The notes beneath the pieces were generated by a model, which was not told the DNA's origin, did no database searches, and saw only the letters and a list, made by a program, of their open reading frames with translations. From Minisyncoccota bacterium (GTDB lineage: Bacteria; Patescibacteriota; Minisyncoccia; Phycocordibacterales; JABAAK01): DNA of 64,000 nt. The stretch lies in contig OY282360.1 in the NCBI GenBank assembly GCA_958295675.1, positions 466,026-530,025 on the forward strand, written 5' to 3'. Shown here piece by piece: positions 31,149 through 40,696 of this stretch. Position numbers and translations under genes: made by a program. Numbering within the stretch: the first letter of the stretch is position 1; the number at the start of each line of letters is the position of its first letter.

Positions 31149-32430
31149 ACGCCTGTTGTATAGGAGAAAAACCAACCTCTTTCATAGCAGATAGGATACC
31201 ATCGGGAGTCGTATCAAGCAGACGCTCACCGCCATTCACCTTGTCGGTGAACTCAACCTTCTTTTGTGCATGCGTCTTATCAGAGACAACCAACCGAACC
31301 GGAATACCGATAAGATCACAATCAGCGAATTTTTCTCCCGCGGATACATCCCGATCATCAAAAAGAACATCAAGACCGTGCTCCTGCAGCATGCGGTACA
31401 ACATATCGGCAGCAGTAAATGTTTCTTTTGAATCACCCAGCGCGATGAGATGCGCGCTGAACGGTGCCACAGACATAGGAAGCGACATACCGCTATCCTC
31501 GCCGTACTTCTCAACAATCACACCGAGCAAACGGGCAGGTCCGATACCATAGGAACCCATAAAAACAGGTTGCGGCTTGCCGTGCGCATCGGTATAGGTA
31601 AGATCAAGCGGTTCGGAATATTTTGTACCGAGTGTGAAAATATTACCGACTTCGGAAGCAGCAACCCGTTCCAAATCATTCTTCTGCAATCCAATCTTCT
31701 CAAGTGTTTCATCAGTGCACACTTCCTCGTTTACAGCAATCTTCTTTTTCGGATCTAGGTAAATAGTATCCTCGCCGGCGGGTATTACGGTTTGAAATTC
31801 ATCGCTGAAATCAGAAAAAGCGCCGCCGCTCGCGAATGTACGGTAAGTGTCATCACCTAAACCGACTCGCGTAAACACACGCATATATGCCTCGGCGCAT
31901 TGCTCGTAAAACACAGCATGCTGCTCCTCATCAGCGCAAAAAGAGTACAAATCTTTCATCATAAATTCACGAGTACGCATGATACCGCTCTTCGCGCGCT
32001 TTTCATTCCGAAATTTGGTCTGAAACTGATACACATACAGAGGCACATCACGGTATGAATGAATATGATTTCGCATCATCTCGGTTACCGGCTCCTCGTG
32101 TGTCCAACCGAAACCGACATCACCGCCGGCACTGAGGTGTGAACGAAACCATATTTCATCGGCATCATCACCCCATCGTCCGGATTTCTCCCACACATCA
32201 GGACTCTGCAGACCGCTCATGCTCAGTTCCTGACCGCCGATTGATATCATCTCTTCGCGGATAATGCGTATAATCTTTTCCAAAGAACGAAGCCCGAGTG
32301 GAAGAAAACTGTAGACACCGGCCATAGTTTTATGAATATACCCGGCACGGATAAGAAGCTTAGCATTGCGCGCGACCTCATCAACCGGCACCTCCTTGCG
32401 TGTTTTCGTCACTAACACTGACTGTTTCAT
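31141..32430 (-). CDS. proS: Prolyl-tRNA synthetase (compact form, 429 aa)
   Basis: Class II motifs (FRNEKRAKSGIMRTREFMMKDLYSF, GSYGIGPARLLGVIVE) and a C-terminal anticodon-binding domain. Confidence 0.88.
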   Translation of the reverse strand: MKQSVLVTKTRKEVPVDEVARNAKLLIRAGYIHKTMAGVYSFLPLGLRSLEKIIRIIREEMISIGGQELSMSGLQSPDVWEKSGRWGDDADEIWFRSHLSAGGDVGFGWTHEEPVTEMMRNHIHSYRDVPLYVYQFQTKFRNEKRAKSGIMRTREFMMKDLYSFCADEEQHAVFYEQCAEAYMRVFTRVGLGDDTYRTFASGGAFSDFSDEFQTVIPAGEDTIYLDPKKKIAVNEEVCTDETLEKIGLQKNDLERVAASEVGNIFTLGTKYSEPLDLTYTDAHGKPQPVFMGSYGIGPARLLGVIVEKYGEDSGMSLPMSVAPFSAHLIALGDSKETFTAADMLYRMLQEHGLDVLFDDRDVSAGEKFADCDLIGIPVRLVVSDKTHAQKKVEFTDKVNGGERLLDTTPDGILSAMKEVGFSPIQQAYA

Positions 32431-32495
32431 GCATTACAGTGTACCATACTCAACCATAATTACATAAGAAAAAATGATAGTACACTATTTTTAGT

Positions 32496-33419
32496 ATGGC
32501 AGATATATGCACAGAACTGCGGAAACAACTGCATGAGTTAGATGTTCTGCGGAAATCGTGTGGCTCTGTGCTTCTCAGAGAAGGAATGGAATCTGATGCG
32601 GCAAAGAAAACGATTGGAAAGTTTGATACGCTGGCGGAAGAATTGCGTGATGTGGTGGTACTGTACAAACAGCCGTTTGATGAGCGTTTGGACAACATAG
32701 AACGGAAGATGGAGGACAAGAAGAATCTGACAAAATGGGAATGTTGGGTGCTGTATGGTATAGATAAGTATCTGAAAGATAACAATATTTTTGAAAGAGA
32801 AAGACGAAAAAATATAGTGAAAAGATGGAGAAGCGATGAAGAGAAGAAACAGGATCTCGCATATGCGCTTGACATCATTCCCGATCATATTTCCGTGATT
32901 AAAGAAGAAGCACTTCTCGGTACTATACGGTATCATTATGATGATCTGAATCTTGGCAAACTCACATCCATAAATACTAAGTTCACCATGCCGGAGGTAG
33001 TTGGTGGTGATCTAAATCTTGGCGATCTCACATCCATAGATACTGATCTCACCATGCCGGAGGTGGTTGGTCGTAATCTAAATCTTGGCGGTCTCACATC
33101 CATAAAGACTAATCTCACTATGCCGAAGGAGGTTGGTGGTCATCTGAATCTTGGCGGTCTCACATCCATAGACACTGAACTTACCATGCCGAAGAAGATT
33201 GGTGGTTATCTGAAGCTTCTCAGTCTCACATCCATAGATACTGAGCTCACTCTGCCGGAGGAGGTTGGTGGTCTGGATCTCGGTAATCTCACCACTACTC
33301 ATGGTATTATCAACTGGCCTATAAAAATTAGAAACCTTATATTTGCAAACCCAGCATTGCCAGACAACGAAAGAGAAGAACTGGAGAAATGGTATCCGGG
33401 TAAGGTTCGATACGAGTGA
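32496..33419 (+). CDS. MADICKELRK family member 8 (307 aa)
   Basis: Same N-terminus, LTSIDTDLTMPEVVGG repeats and the C-terminal ...ALPDNEREELEKWYPGKVRYE. It forms a second cluster separated from the first by four housekeeping genes. Confidence 0.8.
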   Translation: MADICTELRKQLHELDVLRKSCGSVLLREGMESDAAKKTIGKFDTLAEELRDVVVLYKQPFDERLDNIERKMEDKKNLTKWECWVLYGIDKYLKDNNIFERERRKNIVKRWRSDEEKKQDLAYALDIIPDHISVIKEEALLGTIRYHYDDLNLGKLTSINTKFTMPEVVGGDLNLGDLTSIDTDLTMPEVVGRNLNLGGLTSIKTNLTMPKEVGGHLNLGGLTSIDTELTMPKKIGGYLKLLSLTSIDTELTLPEEVGGLDLGNLTTTHGIINWPIKIRNLIFANPALPDNEREELEKWYPGKVRYE

Positions 33420-33441
33420 ACCATGCTACCTTACTTTTGGT

Positions 33442-35094
33442 ATGGCAGATATATGCAAAGAACTGCGGAAACACTTGAAAGTATTGGACGGATTGCGGGA
33501 ATCGTGTCTCTCTCTGCTTGTCAGAGAAGGAATAGAATCTGATGCGGCAAAGAAAACGATTGGAAAGTTTGATACGCTGGCGGAAGAATTGCGTGCTGCT
33601 GCGGTATTCTATAGAAAGCCACTTAGTGAACATTTAGATAACATAGAACGGAAGATATCACAAGGTGTAACTTGCACGAAACAGGAATACCGTCTGCTGT
33701 ACAACATAGATCAATATCCGGGAGATGTTAGATATGGGAAATATAAAAGACGAGAAGAAGAAATAGAAAAAGGAAGAAGTGACAAAGAGAAGAAACAGGA
33801 TCTCGCGCTTGCGCTTGATACCACTCCTGATCGTATTTCTTTGAGTTCAGTAAGCGTGCTATTGCGTGGCAAACAGTATCATTATCATTACGGTAATTTA
33901 AATTTCAATGTGATTCCCCGTCGTTTCATCTCCGCCGGAATCACCCTGCCGAAAGAAGTCTGGGGCAATCTAACTCTTGATGAATCCATCTTCATCAATG
34001 CCACCTCCTCCGTCGTCAGGGGAGTTACCCTGCCACAGAAGATTAATGGTGATCTGTGGCTCAAAAATCTTACCTCCGCAGAAGGGCTCACGCTACCGGA
34101 GAAAATTAGTGGCGATCTACTGCTTGATAAACTCACCTCTGCGGAAGGACTCGAATTGCCGGAGAATATTGGTGGTAATCTGGATCTTCGCGGGCTCACC
34201 TCTGCGGAAAATCTTGAATTACCGAAAGAGACTAGCGGCGAGTTGGATCTTAGCGGGCTCACCTCCGCGAAAGGGCTTGAGTTGCCGGAGAAGATTTGTG
34301 GTAATCTGGATCTTCGCGGGCTCACCTCTGCGGAAGGGCTTATACTGCCGGAGAAGATTGGTGGTAATCTGGATCTTCGCGGGCTCACCTCTGCGGAAGG
34401 GCTTATACTGCCGGAGAATATTGGTGGTAATCTGAATCTTCGCGGGCTCACCTCTGCGGAAAATCTTGAATTACCGAAAGAGACTAGCGGCGAGTTGGAT
34501 CTTAGCGGGCTCACCTCCGCGAAAGGGCTTGAGTTGCCGGAGAAGATTTATGGTCTGTCTCTCAACGGCCTCACCTCCGCAGAAGGGCTTGAGTTGCCGA
34601 AGGAGATTAGAATAAGTTTGGATCTCAACGGGCTCACCTCCGCGGAGGGACTCATCTTGCCGGACAAAATTAACGTTGCTCTGTCTCTCAACGGCCTCAC
34701 CTCTGCGAAAGGGCTTGAGTTGCCGGAGAAGGTTAACACACTGGAACTCAACGGTCTCACCTCCGCGGAAGGGCTTGAGTTGCCGAAGGAGATTAGAGTA
34801 AGTTTGGATCTCAGAGGTCTCATTTCCGATGAGGGACTGACCCTGCCGGAAGAGATTGGTGGTAATCTGGATCTTCGCGGGCTCACCTCTGCGGAAGGGC
34901 TTATACTGCCGGAAGAAATCGGTGGCAGTCTGTGGCTCAACAAGCTCACCACTATCCAGGGTTTCGTCAAATGGCCGTCAAGTGTGAGTTATGATATATA
35001 TTTAAACAGAAGACTACCAGCGGAAGAAATAGAAAATTTGTATAAACTACATCCGCCGTATAAAATTAATTTTAGTCGTTCTATTGCAGTTTAA
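33442..35094 (+). CDS. MADICKELRK family member 9 (550 aa; ~25 divergent 21-aa repeats GLTSAEGLELPEKIGGNLDLR)
   Basis: The true start is at ATG 33442, preceded by the conserved junction. The ORF track extension from 33343 is read-through. It has the conserved N-terminus and a distinct repeat subtype. Confidence 0.78.
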   Translation: MADICKELRKHLKVLDGLRESCLSLLVREGIESDAAKKTIGKFDTLAEELRAAAVFYRKPLSEHLDNIERKISQGVTCTKQEYRLLYNIDQYPGDVRYGKYKRREEEIEKGRSDKEKKQDLALALDTTPDRISLSSVSVLLRGKQYHYHYGNLNFNVIPRRFISAGITLPKEVWGNLTLDESIFINATSSVVRGVTLPQKINGDLWLKNLTSAEGLTLPEKISGDLLLDKLTSAEGLELPENIGGNLDLRGLTSAENLELPKETSGELDLSGLTSAKGLELPEKICGNLDLRGLTSAEGLILPEKIGGNLDLRGLTSAEGLILPENIGGNLNLRGLTSAENLELPKETSGELDLSGLTSAKGLELPEKIYGLSLNGLTSAEGLELPKEIRISLDLNGLTSAEGLILPDKINVALSLNGLTSAKGLELPEKVNTLELNGLTSAEGLELPKEIRVSLDLRGLISDEGLTLPEEIGGNLDLRGLTSAEGLILPEEIGGSLWLNKLTTIQGFVKWPSSVSYDIYLNRRLPAEEIENLYKLHPPYKINFSRSIAV

Positions 35095-36274
35095 AAATTA
35101 ATCTGCCGACACGCAAAATATGTTCATTACCTTTTTTAAGGGCATACTGTACATCTGTTATTTTTTCACCATCAAGCGAAACTGCTCCTTGCGCAAATTT
35201 TCGTTTTGCATCAGCATTTGATGAGGCAGCATATTTGACGACGATATCAAGCAATGATGCGTTATCCGAAAAAGTAATACTCACCGCATTATCCGGAACT
35301 GCTTTTTCACTGAACTGCCGCACATATGAGTTCTTTGCCTCTTGTGCGTGTCGTGTTCCCCAAAACAGCGTTATAATCTCCGAAGCGAGACGCAGTTTCG
35401 CGTCGCGCGTCGCCGTACCGCCCGACACATGCATTGCGCGTACCTCATCCATCGGCACACGGGTGCATCCCCGGAATAGAGGGAGGATAAAACTATCGGG
35501 AAGTGCCATAATGCTGCCGAACATTTTGTGGTTGCCGCCCTCCTCCATATCAACAAACACACCGGTGCCGGTACTTTTTGACATCATCACCCCATCCGCT
35601 TGAATCAGTTCCATAGCAATAACAAATTTTTCTTTTTTTAGGTATCGCCGTACCATCGTCCGCCCGACCAGCGCATTGAAAGTTTGATCGGTACCGCATA
35701 ATTCAGCATCAACCCGCATGGCAACGGAATCATACCCTTGCAGAATCGGATATATCATCTCGTGTGTATAGAGAGGTTTCCCATCCTCCATTCGTTTCCG
35801 GAACATGTCCCGCTCCAACAGTTGCTGAACGGTGGTGCTCTGCATAAGAGTAAGAAAGTCAGACATGGAGAACATATCAAACCACCTGTTGTTATAACCA
35901 ATCTTCGCTCCGCCAAACCGTGAAAGATGTAAAATCGGCGCAATCTGTCTGCGCCACAGACGCACATTCTTGCGCACCTGTGCCGGAGTGAGGTGCGGAC
36001 GGAGAGATTCCCTGCCACTCGGATCACCGACTAAACCGGTGAACAAGCCGAATAAAAGCGTTACTTTCGCGCCGAGACGGCGCATGTCTTCCAAAAAAAG
36101 GATATTCTGCACATGTCCTAAATGTATCCGTTCGGCGGTCGGGTCAATCCCGAAATATATATGAAACGGCTTATCGGCAAGCACATGTTCTGTAAATACT
36201 TCCTTGGACGGAATAATATCGGCAACAATCTCCCGTTCAAACAATGTGTCAATCTGTTCACGAGTTACCTTCAT
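35081..36274 (-). CDS. tyrS: Tyrosyl-tRNA synthetase
   Basis: HIGH motif (PTAERIHLGH), KMSKS motif (MMSKSTG) and a C-terminal S4-like domain. The 397-aa size matches TyrRS. Confidence 0.85.
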   Translation of the reverse strand: MKVTREQIDTLFEREIVADIIPSKEVFTEHVLADKPFHIYFGIDPTAERIHLGHVQNILFLEDMRRLGAKVTLLFGLFTGLVGDPSGRESLRPHLTPAQVRKNVRLWRRQIAPILHLSRFGGAKIGYNNRWFDMFSMSDFLTLMQSTTVQQLLERDMFRKRMEDGKPLYTHEMIYPILQGYDSVAMRVDAELCGTDQTFNALVGRTMVRRYLKKEKFVIAMELIQADGVMMSKSTGTGVFVDMEEGGNHKMFGSIMALPDSFILPLFRGCTRVPMDEVRAMHVSGGTATRDAKLRLASEIITLFWGTRHAQEAKNSYVRQFSEKAVPDNAVSITFSDNASLLDIVVKYAASSNADAKRKFAQGAVSLDGEKITDVQYALKKGNEHILRVGRLIFKLQ

Positions 36275-36499
36275 ACAGACGGCAGTATACCACTACTGTG
36301 AAGTAATCTGCCGGACAATATCTTGAGTGCGATTATCCACCATCCGCCGCATATGTATCATCGCGCTCCGGCGCGCGCTGTCGCTTGCCGCTGTTCTGCC
36401 CTTCCCGACTAATCGCGCCAAACAATACACAATTTTACACTTGATGGTGTGTGAATACATGCTGTGCTGCATTACATATACTATAGCACGGTCAATATA

Positions 36500-37402
36500 T
36501 CAGAAAAATGTCTGTTGATCTGTTTCTACAAAGCGCCTTCTGTGCAAAACAGCAATAAGGACAAGGAGTTCCGCGGCAATAACGGTCAATGCTATCGCTA
36601 TCCACATCAGCATCTGATTGCTGTAATCAGGAATATTAACGATTGTAGTCGGCGCAGAATGTGCATCAGATGAGGATGTCCGCTGTATAGATGCGGAATC
36701 CAGATCGGCAGATGCACTCTGTGATTTAAATGTCGGTTTCACCGCCACGGAAACCGGAGATTCCTGCTGCAGCTCTTTCAGAACTTCCTGTTCAATTTCC
36801 TCTACCACTTCTTCTTCAACCGCAACTTCCTCCTGACCGGGTTCGGTATTCATAACGGTTATCGGATTAACCGCAATCGCGCCGGGAGTTGCCGGACCGG
36901 CAATCTGTTGCCCATTAACAACATGCAGTGATGCGCCGGTACCGGACGCCCGAGGATCCGGCGTGTAGAAGAATGAGAACACTGTCTCTTTGGTCTGCAT
37001 ATTGTAAATATCCAGACCTTCACCGATACCGCCCTGCTGCCGCAAACTGAATTTTGAAAGAAACAGAGGCGAGGAATATGCCGGATATTCATTCATAAAA
37101 ACATCTTCATCCTGCACTATAACACCGACCTCACCCGGCGACAAATCTTTGATACCATCACCTGACTCCCTGATGTAGTGACGGGTATTCCCTTCCACGA
37201 AACGAAACGCGGTCACATCAAGGGTCTGCTGACTGTCATTTATAATCTCAAGCCATTCATAACCGCTATCTTTCTTTTGAGGGGGATCATACATCACTTC
37301 CGTAATAGCAATCTGCGCGGAAGCGAGGATGATCAGACCGTGAACAGCACAAATCGCGCTTATTCCGAAGATGCAGAATTGAGATGCAAATCCGCGTACC
37401 AT
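36500..37402 (-). CDS. Lamin-tail-domain (LTD) surface protein with signal peptide and C-terminal TM anchor
   Basis: LTD signature ITEVMYDPPQKKDSGYEWLEIINDS...LDV. Signal peptide, and a C-terminal hydrophobic anchor WIAIALTVIAAELLVLIAVL. Confidence 0.72.
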   Translation of the reverse strand: MVRGFASQFCIFGISAICAVHGLIILASAQIAITEVMYDPPQKKDSGYEWLEIINDSQQTLDVTAFRFVEGNTRHYIRESGDGIKDLSPGEVGVIVQDEDVFMNEYPAYSSPLFLSKFSLRQQGGIGEGLDIYNMQTKETVFSFFYTPDPRASGTGASLHVVNGQQIAGPATPGAIAVNPITVMNTEPGQEEVAVEEEVVEEIEQEVLKELQQESPVSVAVKPTFKSQSASADLDSASIQRTSSSDAHSAPTTIVNIPDYSNQMLMWIAIALTVIAAELLVLIAVLHRRRFVETDQQTFF

Positions 37403-37434
37403 ACCCGACTACAGGAGTATGTTCATCACATGTC

Positions 37435-39849
37435 TTACCCGCCAACAATAACAGTCGGGAGCGTGAGAGCGGAACTGGCGTTGCCGGCAGTGTCCGTCAC
37501 GGTAATTGTGCAGCTCTCATATCTCCCCGTATCCAGCTCATAGGGTACTCCATAACCGCCGTTGCGAACCATAAACTTAAGAAGTCCATCCCCGCATACA
37601 TTGTTATAACCCACACTCAGCCAATCACCCGGCTGTATACCGGAAACGGTGGTGGGAACAACAACATTGTCTGAATCAGCACCCGCAAAACCGAGTACAG
37701 AAGCCGAAGTACCGCTTATCAGTGTCGGAGAAGAGGTGTTGCGCACGAAAACAAGAACATTTCTCTTGCTGCTCATCGTGTCATCGTCATCAGTCACCGC
37801 AAAACTAAGTTTCACGCGGTTGTCCTTGGCGACACCGCTCGCAGGTGAAAAATGAACAGTGTAGACAATGTACACATTGCCGCTGCCATAGGTAACTTTT
37901 CCTTTCTCATACCTCGCCGCACTGGCATCAGTCGCGGTCATAGTCACCGAAACACGGTCAGAAACATTTGAACTGGAATACCGGGTATCATTATCGGCAA
38001 TCTTAACTTTCACAGTAACGCTGTCCTTGGTGGTGAAGAAAATATTCTGTCCGGCGGTAACGGATGATTTGCCGTCAAACTCTCGAACATCAACAACCGG
38101 CCTATCCACATCCACCTGCACTGCTGCTTCAACAACAAGTTCTTCTTCAGGGGGTTCAACGCGCTCACCGGCAACAGCGGCGATACCCGGCGTGGGCGCG
38201 CCTTCAACTATCTCACCGGTTGAAAGGATGTGCAGCGTCTTACCATTTTTATACGCACCGTTGCTCCGCTTATAAGTTACGCTGTCAATAACAGTTGATC
38301 CGGAACGAAGTCCGATGGTCTCACCGCTGTCCGTGAGAGAGATTGATGCGGTAAACAGCGGTCCGCTGTGTGACGGATACTCACTCCGAAAAGTGTTGAG
38401 ATCACCATTTTTCACAATAACAGCAACATCACCATTGGCAATTGTTGTTCCGCCGGAGCGATGTGTGATGCTTTTCGGACTGCCTCCGTCAACAATAGCG
38501 AGATCATCAACAACAGTTATAGTTGAAGAGCCGCTGTTGACAATTTCAATCCATTCCCCGCCCTCGGTACTGACATAACTCATTTCGCTTATCTCAACAG
38601 TAAGCGCAGTAATGCCGGTAATTTCGTCCGAAGAGGAGTACGCGGTATGATTCGCGAGATCAGTCACTTTCATACATACATACTTATTATTGTTATCAGA
38701 ACCGAACAGGTTAATAGTTGCTGTGTGCGTTTTCACGCCTTCGTCATCAGTTTCCGTTACAACCGGCACCGTCTTTGCTTCCGTTGCAACCCCGTCATAT
38801 GCCGCCTTATCAGCACAGGCGGAAGTATGCATTTTGTAACTCACTTCAGTCGGCGGCGAAGTGTCGGTAATAGTCGCGGTGATCTTTTTGCGCGAAGTAT
38901 TTCCTGTCGGTGCTGTCATTGAGAAAGCGACCGAAGGGGTATCAGTGTCTATAACCGCCGGATTGCCGTCATGGGTAACGGCACCCGTTCTGAGCGTGTC
39001 GCTTCCCTTTTTAATCGTGTAAGTAATCCGTCCGGAAGGATCATCCGCGGCAACAGTGTAGGTAAACTCTTTGTTGATAGCAGTGGCACCGGAGGATGCG
39101 GTCATGGTCCGCTCGACAGCACCTATGCTTATTTTCGCCGTTACACCGCTCGGTAACGCACTGGCATGAAAGACACGCAAAGTAATCACATCACCTGTAT
39201 CCAAAAGAGTAAGATCACCGGCAGCAGTGCCGTTCGCGATAGAAGACGATACTGACACGCCGGCGGTAATCGGCGTGAATGATTCTATCGGGTTCACCGC
39301 TATCTCACCGGGTGTCGGCGGTGCGGCGACAAGCCGCGCGTTCAGACCGACATGCAGTGAAATACCTGTCCCGTTTGCCCGCGCATCGGTGTTGTAGGTG
39401 ACAGCATGCACTTTTGTCGCGCCGTTTGAAGCATACAGCGCGACTCCTGTGCCGTTGGTGTCCGGAAGCGTGAATGAACTGCTGTACAACGGTCCGCTAT
39501 AACCGCTGTATGCCGTTGAAAAATCAGATGCGCTCGCCGCAATAACCGCGACTGCTCCGGCAGCAAGAGACGCTGTGGTAGTGCCGTGTGTTGAAATACT
39601 CCGCTTGGTGCCGTCATTGACACCGACCTTCAGTGTTGAAAGATCCACCGCGGCACTGCTTGTGTTAATAATCTCAATCCATTCCCCGCCCTTGTGCGGA
39701 CTATACATCACTTCCGTTATCTCAACATCATTCGCGCTCTGCGCGCTCACAGTAAAAAGAAAAGAGAATGCAAATAATACAAGAAAGACAACCGATGAAA
39801 TAAAAAACCAACTATACCGAATATTTATATGATTTGTATGTGTATTCAT
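37435..39849 (-). CDS. Large secreted multi-LTD (lamin tail domain) surface protein (~805 aa)
   Basis: Signal/TM anchor followed by at least two LTD signatures (EITEVMYSPHKGGEWIEIINTS; EISEMSYVSTEGGEWIEIVNSGS) and long Thr/Ser/Val-rich beta-rich regions. Confidence 0.72.
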   Translation of the reverse strand: MNTHTNHINIRYSWFFISSVVFLVLFAFSFLFTVSAQSANDVEITEVMYSPHKGGEWIEIINTSSAAVDLSTLKVGVNDGTKRSISTHGTTTASLAAGAVAVIAASASDFSTAYSGYSGPLYSSSFTLPDTNGTGVALYASNGATKVHAVTYNTDARANGTGISLHVGLNARLVAAPPTPGEIAVNPIESFTPITAGVSVSSSIANGTAAGDLTLLDTGDVITLRVFHASALPSGVTAKISIGAVERTMTASSGATAINKEFTYTVAADDPSGRITYTIKKGSDTLRTGAVTHDGNPAVIDTDTPSVAFSMTAPTGNTSRKKITATITDTSPPTEVSYKMHTSACADKAAYDGVATEAKTVPVVTETDDEGVKTHTATINLFGSDNNNKYVCMKVTDLANHTAYSSSDEITGITALTVEISEMSYVSTEGGEWIEIVNSGSSTITVVDDLAIVDGGSPKSITHRSGGTTIANGDVAVIVKNGDLNTFRSEYPSHSGPLFTASISLTDSGETIGLRSGSTVIDSVTYKRSNGAYKNGKTLHILSTGEIVEGAPTPGIAAVAGERVEPPEEELVVEAAVQVDVDRPVVDVREFDGKSSVTAGQNIFFTTKDSVTVKVKIADNDTRYSSSNVSDRVSVTMTATDASAARYEKGKVTYGSGNVYIVYTVHFSPASGVAKDNRVKLSFAVTDDDDTMSSKRNVLVFVRNTSSPTLISGTSASVLGFAGADSDNVVVPTTVSGIQPGDWLSVGYNNVCGDGLLKFMVRNGGYGVPYELDTGRYESCTITVTDTAGNASSALTLPTVIVGG

Positions 39850-40004
39850 ATACCTTATAAAGAACATTAATAAACAGTCCGTGCCGCCCGCACTATCGTG
39901 TTAACCATAAAAAAATAGTACATCAAAAAATATAGCGCGAATTATTTTTTACACATAGCAAACGACATATATAAATATCGGAAACAATCTATATTGGAAA
40001 CAAT

Positions 40005-40580
40005 CTAAAAGTGCATGATGATGTATGCCATTACTGTAAAACTAATAGTATAGTATCCGGCATGAATCGCCCATAATTTCATTGCGCGACAATTATCGGT
40101 CCCGGCAAACATCTCGCCCGCAAGCACACTGGCAACAAACGCCATTGAGAAAACAGCAAGTAATAAAACGGGAGTAGCAGAAAACAAAGAAATCAATCCG
40201 ACAAAACAGGAAAAAATAATAAGGGCGGCAAATTGAACAATCAAGGCGGATATATTTGTCTTTTCATCCGCCGGCTTGCCTGCGAGGCGCATCCAATGCT
40301 TTCTGAATAAAAAACCATACCACACCATACCGATAACAAATGCCGTGACTGCAGCCACAATTACCGGCATCCACGGGAGTGTGGCAAGCGCATCAGATAC
40401 AGCGGAAAATACAATCGGTTCGCCGGCGACAGACGGTATCAATTCCACAACCTGTGTTTCCACCACATACGACGGCTCACTAAAATACTCCGCATCCGCA
40501 TGCACAACAGTAAGACCGATATCAGGTAATGAAAATCTGTCAATTACATCTGAAATTGCCATACTGAAGTAGTATACCAC
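40005..40580 (-). CDS. Polytopic membrane protein, hypothetical
   Basis: Four to five predicted TM helices and no recognisable motif. Confidence 0.4.
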   Translation of the reverse strand: MVYYFSMAISDVIDRFSLPDIGLTVVHADAEYFSEPSYVVETQVVELIPSVAGEPIVFSAVSDALATLPWMPVIVAAVTAFVIGMVWYGFLFRKHWMRLAGKPADEKTNISALIVQFAALIIFSCFVGLISLFSATPVLLLAVFSMAFVASVLAGEMFAGTDNCRAMKLWAIHAGYYTISFTVMAYIIMHF

Positions 40581-40696
40581 AGATTGTGAACAAAAGAATC
40601 AAGATCTACAGACATGACCACGACAACCGCGCGGAAAACATGACAGTCAACCCACATACATAAAAAAATACTTTGCCGTGTTATCATGCGGTGTGT

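Noticed and set aside
22068-35000. Numerous 60-450-aa minus-strand ORFs (for example 24162..25532 of 456 aa, 23102..23761, 33888..34514) antisense to the MADICKELRK family genes
   Set aside because: They are mirror images of the sense-strand repeat arrays. Their products (ISIYGCE..., PPTSSGIV...) are low-complexity reflections of the repeat DNA. The sense frames carry the conserved non-repetitive N- and C-terminal domains.
21996-35094. CRISPR array or mobile element explanation for the repetitive regions
   Set aside because: The repeats are in-frame coding units inside ORFs with conserved protein termini. There are no repeat-spacer structures, cas genes, transposases, integrases or terminal inverted repeats.
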